From Sedimentitalea sp. (GTDB lineage: Bacteria; Pseudomonadota; Alphaproteobacteria; Rhodobacterales; Rhodobacteraceae), in NCBI RefSeq assembly GCF_039941015.1, contig NZ_JBDVFI010000041.1: 64,000 nt of DNA. One strand, 5' to 3'. The position numbers and the translations under genes are program-made. Shown here one piece after another: positions 10,518 through 18,691 of the stretch; within the stretch, counting starts at the first letter, position 1, and each line of letters starts with the position of its first letter. The notes beneath the pieces were generated by a model. It was not told where the DNA came from and searched no databases. It was given only the letters and a program-made list of their open reading frames with translations.

Positions 10518-11185
10518 CAGTCGGCGAGCTCGGCATCAAACAGCTTGGCAAACTCGGCATAGCTCTGGTTCGCGACCTTTTCGCCGTTGATCACGAAAGA
10601 CGGTGTGCCTGTGACCTCGTCTGCTTCGGCGTTTTCTTGATACCAAGCGACCAGCGTCTGAGCGTTTTCGCCATCTTGCAGGCACACGTCCAGTTCCTCT
10701 TCACCGATCCCGGCCAGTCGTCCGATCTTGCGAAACTCATTCACGATTTCAGGTGCGCTGCCAAGTTTGGACCAATCCGACTGCCCTTTGTAAATCAGAT
10801 CGGAGATGCCAAAGAACTTCTCGGGTCCGCCGCAACGTGCCACCATCGACGCCCACAGACCGTATTTGTCAAAATAGACTTCGCGGTAGATCAGTTTGAC
10901 CTTCCCTGTGTCGATGTAATTTTTCTTGATCTCCTGATAGGTACCTTGATGGAACGCTGCGCAATGCGGGCAGGTGAACGACGCATATTCGATCATGGTG
11001 ATCGGCGCGTCCTCGGCCCCCTGAACCATTTCTACGATGGTCGATGTGTCGACTTCGGCGGCATCCTGTGCGTTGGCGGCGCCAATGAACGAGTCAGTGA
11101 CAATCGGGCCGCGCTGGCCTGCGTAAAATACCACTCCGACAGCCAACAGGGCCGCCGCGCCGAAAATCGCCTTGGATCGGGTCAT
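10517..11185 (-). CDS. DsbA-family thiol:disulfide oxidoreductase (exported)
   Basis: 222 aa. N-terminal hydrophobic anchor. Thioredoxin-fold CPHC motif (FTCPHCAAFH). Its TGA overlaps the downstream ATG (TGATG). Confidence 0.85.
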   Translation of the reverse strand: MTRSKAIFGAAALLAVGVVFYAGQRGPIVTDSFIGAANAQDAAEVDTSTIVEMVQGAEDAPITMIEYASFTCPHCAAFHQGTYQEIKKNYIDTGKVKLIYREVYFDKYGLWASMVARCGGPEKFFGISDLIYKGQSDWSKLGSAPEIVNEFRKIGRLAGIGEEELDVCLQDGENAQTLVAWYQENAEADEVTGTPSFVINGEKVANQSYAEFAKLFDAELAD

Positions 11186-11198
11186 GAGAACCTCTTTC

Positions 11199-11705
11199 TT
11201 AGTGTTTGGGCTTGCTTAGGACGTTGCGACCAAGCTGTTCAAGGGCTTGACGCAAGTCGTCGTTTTCAATCGGGCTGGCTGCCTGTGTGGCGCTGGCTAG
11301 AATTTCGGGGGCCAGCTCTGTTTGGCTGGCGGGCTTTTGCGATTCGAACTGGGCCTGACCTTCGGCAAACCCGGTGGCGGCGGTCTGGGTAATCCGCACC
11401 CGGCTGATCGCGTTATAACCATAAACCGCGTTTACTTTGGCGCGCAGCGGTTCCTTTTGCATCTCCAGCATCGGCGCCTGCGCACCGGTGCTCAGCAACG
11501 TCAGCGTCGCGCCAAAACCGCCCCGGCCATAGGTCACGTTCACCGGCCGCGCGATGCTGGAAATCTCCGGGCCCGCAATCTCGGCCCAATGAGTCAACAG
11601 GCGCGACACAGCAAAGCCACGGCTCTCCCCGGCCTTGCGGATCGGGTCGCTGAGAACGCTGGCGGTTCGCTTGAAGCCGCGGGTTGTTGATTTCCGTTGT
11701 GCCAT
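11199..11705 (-). CDS. DUF721-family protein
   Basis: 168 aa, ...SVLSDPIRKAGESRGFAVSRLLTHWAEIAGPEI...; resembles the DUF721 proteins that sit beside mutY in Alphaproteobacteria. Confidence 0.7.
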   Translation of the reverse strand: MAQRKSTTRGFKRTASVLSDPIRKAGESRGFAVSRLLTHWAEIAGPEISSIARPVNVTYGRGGFGATLTLLSTGAQAPMLEMQKEPLRAKVNAVYGYNAISRVRITQTAATGFAEGQAQFESQKPASQTELAPEILASATQAASPIENDDLRQALEQLGRNVLSKPKH

Positions 11706-11787
11706 GGCTGGTTTCCGTTTCGCTTGCGCCTATTGTAAAGCGCAGGCAGGCAGGTGCCAGCGAAACCGGAGGCCATCGGCATAAAGA

Positions 11788-12852
11788 ATGCGTGACGAAG
11801 AAATGATCGCACCCGAATTCGGGACGGGCATCGCGGCGGACATGCTGCACTGGTATGATCGCAACGCCCGCGATCTGCCCTGGCGAATTCCGCCGGGTGA
11901 CGCGCAGGTGCCTGATCCCTATCGCGTGTGGTTGTCCGAAGTGATGCTGCAGCAGACCACCGTTGCCGCCGTAAAGGACTATTTCCATCGTTTTACCGCA
12001 CGTTGGCCCACGGTTGCCGACCTCGCCGCCGCCGAAGATGGTGCGGTGATGGGCGAATGGGCAGGGCTTGGGTATTACGCACGGGCACGAAACCTGCTGA
12101 AATGCGCGCGTGTGGTGGCACAGGAACATAACGGTCAGTTCCCCGACAGCTATGACGGCTTGCTCACCTTGCCCGGCATCGGCCCCTATACTGCCGCCGC
12201 GATTTCCGCGATTGCGTTTGATCGGCCCGAGACGGTTCTGGATGGCAATGTTGAACGGGTGATGGCGCGATTCCATGATATCCACACGCCGCTGCCCGCC
12301 GCCAAACCTATGTTGCACGACTGCGCGACAAAGCAGACGCCCCAACATCGCCCCGGCGATTATGCGCAGGCGGTCATGGATCTGGGCGCGACGATCTGCA
12401 CACCAAAATCTCCCGCCTGCGGCATTTGCCCTCTGCGCGAGCCCTGCGCCGCACGGCTCGCTGGTACAGCAAGCGAATTGCCCAAGAAAATTCCGAAAAT
12501 GCCCAAACCCACCCGTCGTGGCATAATCTATCTGGCGCGCCGGTCCGACGGTGCGTGGTTGCTCGAGCGACGTCCGGACAAAGGATTGCTGGGCGGCATG
12601 CTCGGCTGGCCCGGATCAGACTGGGGCGAGGTCGCTGTAGAAGCACCCCCCCTAAACGCCGACTGGGTCACCCTGCCGGCCGAAGTGCGGCACACCTTCA
12701 CGCATTTCCATCTGATCCTGACGGTCCGATATGCTCAGGTTGCCAATGAAACGACACCCAATCAGGGGGCCTTTGTTGCAGTCGCCGATTTCCGCCCCTC
12801 TGATCTGCCCACCGTCATGCGCAAGGCTTTTGACCTCTGGCATGGCGCGTGA
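11788..12852 (+). CDS. mutY: A/G-specific adenine DNA glycosylase
   Basis: 354 aa, LHWYDRNARDLPWR...VWLSEVMLQQTTV..., Fe-S cluster loop CTPKSPACGICPLREPC, NUDIX-like C-terminal domain. Confidence 0.93.
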   Translation: MRDEEMIAPEFGTGIAADMLHWYDRNARDLPWRIPPGDAQVPDPYRVWLSEVMLQQTTVAAVKDYFHRFTARWPTVADLAAAEDGAVMGEWAGLGYYARARNLLKCARVVAQEHNGQFPDSYDGLLTLPGIGPYTAAAISAIAFDRPETVLDGNVERVMARFHDIHTPLPAAKPMLHDCATKQTPQHRPGDYAQAVMDLGATICTPKSPACGICPLREPCAARLAGTASELPKKIPKMPKPTRRGIIYLARRSDGAWLLERRPDKGLLGGMLGWPGSDWGEVAVEAPPLNADWVTLPAEVRHTFTHFHLILTVRYAQVANETTPNQGAFVAVADFRPSDLPTVMRKAFDLWHGA

Positions 12853-14036
12853 CACAGCATGGACAAGGCAACACGGACAACCCGATGATACCCAACGCAA
12901 CCCTGAAACGCTGGCAAACGGCCCTGCCCTTCTGGACCTCGTTCCTGCTGATTCCCATCGCGTGGGTCAGCGCCACATATGGCGGCTGGACCGTCCTGCT
13001 GTTGCCACTGGCCTCTTGGTACGTGTTTGCGGGCCTGGACGCGTTGACCGGGCTTGATCTCGAAAACGCCGTTCCACAAACACCCGAAGCGGATCTGATC
13101 TGGTACAGCACCCTCACGATTGTCTGGGTCCCGGTCCAGTTTGTGACCCTGTTCGGTCTGATCTGGTACGTGAGCGACGCCGATCATCTTTCGGTTCTAG
13201 AAAAGCTGATGGTGTTCTTTGGCGTCGGCGTGATTAGCGGAACCATCGGGATCAACTACAGTCACGAACTGATGCATCAACGAAGCCGCCTTGAAAGAAC
13301 GCTCGCCGATCTGTTGCTCGCGATGGTCCTCTACTCCCATTTCCGCTCTGAACATCTGCTGGTGCACCACCGCTATGTCGGCACCCCTCGTGATCCTGTG
13401 ACCGCGCGATACAACGAGGGCTTTTATCGATTCTATCCCCGGGTATTGAAACAATGTCTGCTGTCTGCATTTCGAGCCGAGCGGGAAAAACTGGCCCGCA
13501 AGGACCGGCCATGGACCGATCTGTCAAATCCGTTCTTCAGATATTGGGCTTTGCAGGCAGGCATGCTGGTGCTCGCGTTTCTGCTCGGGGGATGGGCCGG
13601 CGTTGGATTGTTCCTGATGCAGGCCGGAGTAGCGATCTGGCAATTGGAACTGGTGAACTACGTCGAACACTACGGGCTGACACGCAAGCATCTGGGCAAC
13701 GGAAAGTACGAGCATGTGAAGCCCCGGCATTCATGGAACGCCGCGCAAAAGGCCTCTAACCGTCTGCTGATCAATTTGCAGCGCCATTCTGATCACCACT
13801 ATAAACCCGACCGTCGGTTTCCACTGCTGCAAACATATGGAACAGCGCAGGCGCCACAGCTGCCCTTTGGTTATCCTGTGATGACGATCGCGGCGATGAT
13901 TCCACCATTGTGGCGACGCGTCATGAACCCGCGCGTCAGACGCTGGCGACAGATTTACTATCCGGAAATCAACGATTGGCGGGCCTATAACAAGGCCACC
14001 AATCCGCTGCCACGACAGCCACCAACGGATCTTTAA
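12849..14036 (+). CDS. alkB: alkane 1-monooxygenase (AlkB-type membrane di-iron hydroxylase)
   Basis: His boxes HELMH, EHLLVHH and LQRHSDHH plus NYVEHYGL, with N-terminal TM helices. The GTG at 12849 overlaps the mutY stop. An alternative ATG is at 12885. Confidence 0.88.
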   Translation: MTQHGQGNTDNPMIPNATLKRWQTALPFWTSFLLIPIAWVSATYGGWTVLLLPLASWYVFAGLDALTGLDLENAVPQTPEADLIWYSTLTIVWVPVQFVTLFGLIWYVSDADHLSVLEKLMVFFGVGVISGTIGINYSHELMHQRSRLERTLADLLLAMVLYSHFRSEHLLVHHRYVGTPRDPVTARYNEGFYRFYPRVLKQCLLSAFRAEREKLARKDRPWTDLSNPFFRYWALQAGMLVLAFLLGGWAGVGLFLMQAGVAIWQLELVNYVEHYGLTRKHLGNGKYEHVKPRHSWNAAQKASNRLLINLQRHSDHHYKPDRRFPLLQTYGTAQAPQLPFGYPVMTIAAMIPPLWRRVMNPRVRRWRQIYYPEINDWRAYNKATNPLPRQPPTDL

Positions 14037-14082
14037 CGGTTGCGCGCCAAACTGGCTGCGCACAACCGTGGGGACTGTTGAT

Positions 14083-14487
14083 ATGCAATGCCGGATCGAA
14101 CCAGAAACAACCCAGAGGTGCCTGATCGTCGAAGACAGCGCACACGATCAGCAGATGTTGACGCGAGCGGTGTGTTACGCCCAAAAGGACATCAGGGTTC
14201 AGATAACGAATACGCTACAGGATGCCCGGCTCGCCCTGATGCGGTTCCCGATATCGCTCATCTTGATGGAAAACACTCTTCCGGATGGCCGGGGCGTCGA
14301 ACTGGCGCTTGAACTGTCTCAACACGCACGATTTCGCACCATACCGATCATCCTCGCAACGGATTGGCCTTCGCCCTTCATATGGCACAAGGCCAATAAG
14401 GCAGGGGTGCGCCATGTCGTGGCCAAGGCTGAATTTGGCCCTGCCCTGATTCGAGATGTGCTGAATATTGGTCGGGTTTATGGATAG
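14083..14487 (+). CDS. single-domain response-regulator receiver, atypical (Glu at phospho-acceptor position)
   Basis: LIVEDS acidic pocket, IPIILAT (conserved Thr), VVAK (conserved Lys). The phospho-acceptor motif reads SLILMENTLPDG instead of ..D..LPDG. ATG at 14083 is preferred over GTG at 14068. Confidence 0.8.
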   Translation: MQCRIEPETTQRCLIVEDSAHDQQMLTRAVCYAQKDIRVQITNTLQDARLALMRFPISLILMENTLPDGRGVELALELSQHARFRTIPIILATDWPSPFIWHKANKAGVRHVVAKAEFGPALIRDVLNIGRVYG

Positions 14488-14837
14488 CTATTCCACAATT
14501 TTTTCTTTGAAGCATATTCAATAGGCAAGACAATCATCCTGCATTTGGAGTTTTATCCGAAAGCCCATTGTCTATTCTCTGGCATTTAGATGCGCAGCCC
14601 AACGCTTAAAAGACAGCTGGCGCGGGGATTTCACCAAGACTGAATGAGATTTCGACACTCTGACAGGACCCATGCGGTACGCAACCGATCAACTTATGCG
14701 ACACTTACTGCCCATGGATCGGGCCAAAGTGACCAAGACGACACCATTTTTCTTAACCATTTTTTACAATGGCTTACTTTTCTCCGCACTATGCTGTACC
14801 TCATAGGTGTACGTACCAGCAAACATGTCGATGACCT

Positions 14838-15827
14838 ATGCCCACAACCTATACAGATCAATTTTGGACGCTTGACCCCTTTGCCCCGCCCGGCACGGGA
14901 ACGCTTCTGACTGTCAGTGTCTATGACATCATAGATCAGAACGACGACGGATTCCTGACCGGGTCCGGCGGTGACAGTATTAATGGCATTGATATTACCG
15001 AAACCTATCTGGGCGATACCGTAACGGTCGTGATCGATGGCGCTCCTGTTACCATTACCGGCGCAACGTTCTATCTTGCCAACGGTACGCAGGTATTTAC
15101 GCCGACCGACGGCAGTGTATTGCAGGATGCAATTATCAGCGTCGCAACCGGCGTCCCCAGCCAGTCGCCGATTCCGATCGCTGACCTCGCACCGCCCTGT
15201 TTCGTGAACGATACGCTGATCTCAACGCCAAGCGGGCAGCGCAAGGTTCAGGATCTTCGACCCGGCGACATGGTTAACGATAGTGATGGAACGCCGTTGG
15301 TGCTGCGTTCAGTAATGAGTCGTTCGATTTCGACGAACGAACTTCGCGCCTACCCTAAGCTGCGCCCGGTCCGCATTTGTGCGGGGGCTTTGGGCAATGG
15401 GTTGCCTCATCGTGACCTTCTGGTGTCGCGTCAGCATCGCATGCTGGTCGCTTCGAAAATCGTTGAACGCATGTTCGGTGCCAACGAGGTTCTGATCCCG
15501 GCAATCAAACTTACCGCGCTGCCCGGCATCTATACGGACGACACGGTCGAGACTCTGGAATACTTCCACCTCCTGTTTGCCAAGCACGAAGTGATTCTCG
15601 CCGAATCAGCCCCGACCGAGAGCCTGTATCTCGGACGCGAAGCGCTCAAATCCGTTTCGGAAGCGGCAAGGCAGGAAATCTACGCGATTTTTCCTGAACT
15701 CAACGAAACCGAGACGGATCCAATCCCAGCCAGACCGATCCCGTCAGGCAGGCGCCAGAAAAAGCTGGTAGAGCGCCACGCCGCCAACGAACAGCCGCTT
15801 TTACAGTCCGACTTGGTTCGCCACTGA
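14838..15827 (+). CDS. Hint-domain protein (Hint_2 type common in Rhodobacteraceae)
   Basis: 329 aa. N-terminus MPTTYTDQFWTLDPFAPPGTGT...DDGFLTGSGGDSINGIDIT. The Cys-initiated Hint module PPCFVNDTLISTPSGQRKVQDLRPGDMV ends at ...FAKHEVILAESAPTESL. The gene looks lower in GC than its neighbours by eye. Confidence 0.85.
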   Translation: MPTTYTDQFWTLDPFAPPGTGTLLTVSVYDIIDQNDDGFLTGSGGDSINGIDITETYLGDTVTVVIDGAPVTITGATFYLANGTQVFTPTDGSVLQDAIISVATGVPSQSPIPIADLAPPCFVNDTLISTPSGQRKVQDLRPGDMVNDSDGTPLVLRSVMSRSISTNELRAYPKLRPVRICAGALGNGLPHRDLLVSRQHRMLVASKIVERMFGANEVLIPAIKLTALPGIYTDDTVETLEYFHLLFAKHEVILAESAPTESLYLGREALKSVSEAARQEIYAIFPELNETETDPIPARPIPSGRRQKKLVERHAANEQPLLQSDLVRH

Positions 15828-15837
15828 CACGGCCCCG

Positions 15838-16698
15838 CTACTCCGCAGCCAGCGGAACCCTGTCATACCCGATGGATGCGATCTCGGCGATCACACCGCG
15901 CATGATTGCGCGAAATGCATCAAAATCGGCGTTCGGGCGAATACGTCGTTCATCCATATAAAGCGCCCGGTCGATTTCGATCTGCACCGCGTGCTGACGG
16001 CGCGACGGTCGACCATAGGCTTGCGCCACATACGCCCCTGCAAACGGCGCATTTCGCGCAACCCGCAAGCCAGCCGCAGCAAAGGCCGCTTCGATCCGGT
16101 CGACGATTTCGCCATCCGCCGCGGCCCCGAATCTGTCACCCAGCACAATTTCCGGAGAGTGACCGCGTGAACGCGCCGCACCATCCATCGCTTCATGCGG
16201 CATGGAATGGCAATCGACGAGAATCGCCTGCCCAAAGTTCAAATGTGCCGATTCGAGCAATCGCTGGATCGCGTTGTGATAGGGCCGCCAATACCGGTCG
16301 ATTCGGAACCGCACCTCACCCATCGTCAGCTTGCCAGCATAAATCGCCCGCCCGTTTGACACCACGCGCGGAATCACCCCCAAACCCGAAGCCACGCGCG
16401 GGTTCTGCCCTCGCCGGATGGCCCCGAGAATCAGCGCAGGGTCAAGCTCGTCCGGGCTGCGGTTCAGATCCACATAGGCGCGCGGCACCCCTGCAACCAG
16501 CAGAGGCGCTCCAAATTCCGGCGCTGAATCGACCAGATCATGCACAAAGGCATCTTCGGATGATCGAATCGCCACCTGATCCAGAATACTCTGGCTGAGG
16601 AACTCGGGCGGATAGGTAGCGGCACTGTGCGGCGACGCAAATACGACGCTGGACAGGCGTTGTTCCGGTTCGGTCAGATGAAAGGGCGGATGGTCCAT
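15838..16698 (-). CDS. N-formylglutamate amidohydrolase family protein
   Basis: 286 aa, ...VVFASPHS...AILVDCHSMP..., FGase-family motifs. No other hut genes are adjacent. Confidence 0.8.
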   Translation of the reverse strand: MDHPPFHLTEPEQRLSSVVFASPHSAATYPPEFLSQSILDQVAIRSSEDAFVHDLVDSAPEFGAPLLVAGVPRAYVDLNRSPDELDPALILGAIRRGQNPRVASGLGVIPRVVSNGRAIYAGKLTMGEVRFRIDRYWRPYHNAIQRLLESAHLNFGQAILVDCHSMPHEAMDGAARSRGHSPEIVLGDRFGAAADGEIVDRIEAAFAAAGLRVARNAPFAGAYVAQAYGRPSRRQHAVQIEIDRALYMDERRIRPNADFDAFRAIMRGVIAEIASIGYDRVPLAAE

Positions 16699-16845
16699 TG
16701 AGTCTCCTCGTGCACTTCAACATAAACCGGAAAACTCTCTTGCCAAAAGCCCTTGATCACACTGACGACTCCTTTTATAGACCCCGCTACCGGCGCGGGT
16801 TTCCGCGCCCCATTTATTTGGGGCAGGGATCGCGCAGGTATTCAT

Positions 16846-16920
16846 GGGCGCTTAGCTCAGCGGTAGAGCACTTCGTTGACATCGAAGGGGTCACAAGTTC
16901 GAACCTTGTAGTGCCCACCA
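16846..16920 (+). tRNA. tRNA-Val (anticodon GAC)
   Basis: Hand-folded cloverleaf. Acceptor GGGCGCT/AGTGCCC, D-arm GCTC..GAGC, anticodon stem CTTCG/CGAAG with loop TTGACAT, T-arm ACAAG-TTCGAAC-CTTGT, encoded CCA. Confidence 0.92.
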
Positions 16921-16998
16921 TGAATTCACTGTCCCGGAAATCTCCGGGGCACCCGCAACAGAGGCGCTGGCCCGCGCCGCAGGAACAGGAGAAGGACC

Positions 16999-17124
16999 AT
17001 GAAGGTCAGAAACTCGCTCCGCTCGCTCAAGAACCGGCATCGTGATTGCCGTGTTGTGCGTCGCAAAGGCCGCGTCTACGTGATCAACAAGACGCAGCGC
17101 CGGTTCAAAGCCCGTCAGGGCTAA
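16999..17124 (+). CDS. rpmJ: 50S ribosomal protein L36
   Basis: 41 aa, below the ORF-track cutoff: [52 protein letters not shown] upstream. It looks like the single-Cys L36 form. Confidence 0.9.
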   Translation: MKVRNSLRSLKNRHRDCRVVRRKGRVYVINKTQRRFKARQG

Positions 17125-17146
17125 GAACTGTCTAGGCAATAAAATA

Positions 17147-17176
17147 AACCGCGTCTTTTCAGACGCGGTTTTTTGT
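17147..17176. terminator. bidirectional rho-independent terminator (rpmJ / dadA)
   Basis: AACCGCGTCT-tttc-AGACGCGGTT followed by TTTTG on the plus strand, and preceded by an A-rich run that gives a U-tract on the minus strand. Confidence 0.8.
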
Positions 17177-17210
17177 TGTGCGCTACGCCCGTCAGGGCAT
17201 CACAAACATT

Positions 17211-18466
17211 TCAGCCATAGCGCGCCGCCGTGAGGCCATCAAATGAGATCTCGGGCTTTTGGCCTAGCACGACATCGGCGACGGCGCGGCCCGACCCACA
17301 GGCCATGGTCCAGCCCAACGTTCCATGCCCGGTATTCAGATACAGATTGTCAAACCGGGTTTCGCCCAGAACGGGCGTGCCATCCGGTGTCATCGGCCGC
17401 AGCCCGGTCCAGCCTTCTGCCTGCGACAGATCACCCCCTTTGGGAAACAGATCGCCAATCACGTGTTTCACGGTATCCGTCGCATGGGGGCCAAGACGGT
17501 TGCTATACCCGGCGATCTCGGCAGTGCCCGCGACCCGGATGCGGTCGCCAAGGCGGGTAATGGCCACCTTGTGCGTTTCATCCATGATGGTCGATTGCGG
17601 CGCCATCGCATCATCCGTCACCGGCAGCGTCACAGAGTAACCTTTGACCGGATAGACCGGCAGCCGAATCCCAATGGGTTTCAGCAGTCCCGGCGCATAG
17701 CTGCCCAAAGCGCAGACATATTTGTCGCCTGTGATCCGCCCTGCAAGCTCGGTATCGACACCGACCACCTTGCCATTTTCCAACGCGATGCGCGGATCGA
17801 CTGACCGTACTGAAATTGCACGCCCAACTCCGCTGCCTTTTCGGCCAGCGCGATGGTGAACAACCGACAATCCCCGGTTCGGTCCGCAGTCAAACGCAAC
17901 CCGCCGACGAATTTGTTACGTACTTCGGCGAGCGCCGGTTCAACCTCGATACAGGCATCCCGCCCCAATTCTTCGAACGGGCTGTCAAATTCGGCAAGAA
18001 TCTCCTGATCGGCGCGTGAACCTTTCATCTGCTTGGCCGTGCGGAACAACTGCAATGTGCCTTGCGCCCGACCGTCATATTCGATCCCTGTCTCGGAAAT
18101 CAGGTCCGGCATCACATCGCGGCTATAGTTGGAAACACGCACCATCCGGGACTTGTTGACCCGATAGCGTTCATCGGTGCAATTGCTCAGCATCTGAACG
18201 CACCATTTCCACATGGTCGGGCTGATCAACGGCCAGATAAACAGCGGTCGGCGCTTCATGAACAGCCACTTTATCGCCTTGACCGGCACGCCCGGTGCCG
18301 CCCAGGGAGAGGTCATGCCATAAGACAGTTCTCCGGCATTGGCATAACTCGTCTCAAGCCCCGGTCCGGCCTGACGGTCCAGAACAACGACTTCGGCTCC
18401 GGCGCGCGCCAGATAATATGCCGTCGTCACCCCAATTACGCCCGCACCCATCACCACAATTTTCAT
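17211..18466 (-). pseudogene. dadA: D-amino-acid dehydrogenase, reading frame broken by a 1-nt shift
   Basis: The N-terminal part (MKIVVMGAGVIGVTTAYYLA...[17 protein letters not shown]) is in ORF 17681-18505. The C-terminal part (...[15 protein letters not shown]...YPVKGYS...[12 protein letters not shown]...[16 protein letters not shown]) is in ORF 17211-17870, in the -1 frame. The similarity hand-over lies at about 17795-17815. Confidence 0.75.
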
Positions 18467-18628
18467 GTTCACCACCAAGTCTGCCTCAGAATTCAATCTG
18501 AGCACAAAGGCGCAGCATTACCAATCGTAAACATCATGTAAGCGGCGGGATGCAGGCCGTTGCGACCGAGAGACAAACAAAATCCGAGTATTTCACTCGG
18601 AAACTGGTTGCATCCCGTCTCAAATTCT

Positions 18629-18653
18629 TTAATTGACTAATTCAGTCGGGAAC
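18629..18653. promoter_or_regulatory. IscR type-1 / Iron-Rhodo-box-like palindrome upstream of the Fe(3+) binding-protein gene
   Basis: ttaaTTGACTAATTCAGTCGGgaac. The core GACT-N5-AGTC matches 21 of 25 positions of the remembered consensus ATASYYGACTRWWWYAGTCRRSTAT. It lies about 40 nt upstream of ATG 18692. Confidence 0.45.
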
Positions 18654-18691
18654 AGCCCGAAACCGAGTACAATCTGACAGGAAATTGCTTC

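Noticed and set aside
14644-14910. 88-aa ORF inside the AT-rich spacer overlapping the Hint gene start
   Set aside because: It has no SD and a low-complexity translation, and it overlaps the Hint gene in another frame. It is most likely non-coding.
16699-17210. Genomic island at tRNA-Val
   Set aside because: The tRNA is followed directly by rpmJ and a terminator. There is no integrase, no direct repeat of the tRNA 3' end and no compositional break.
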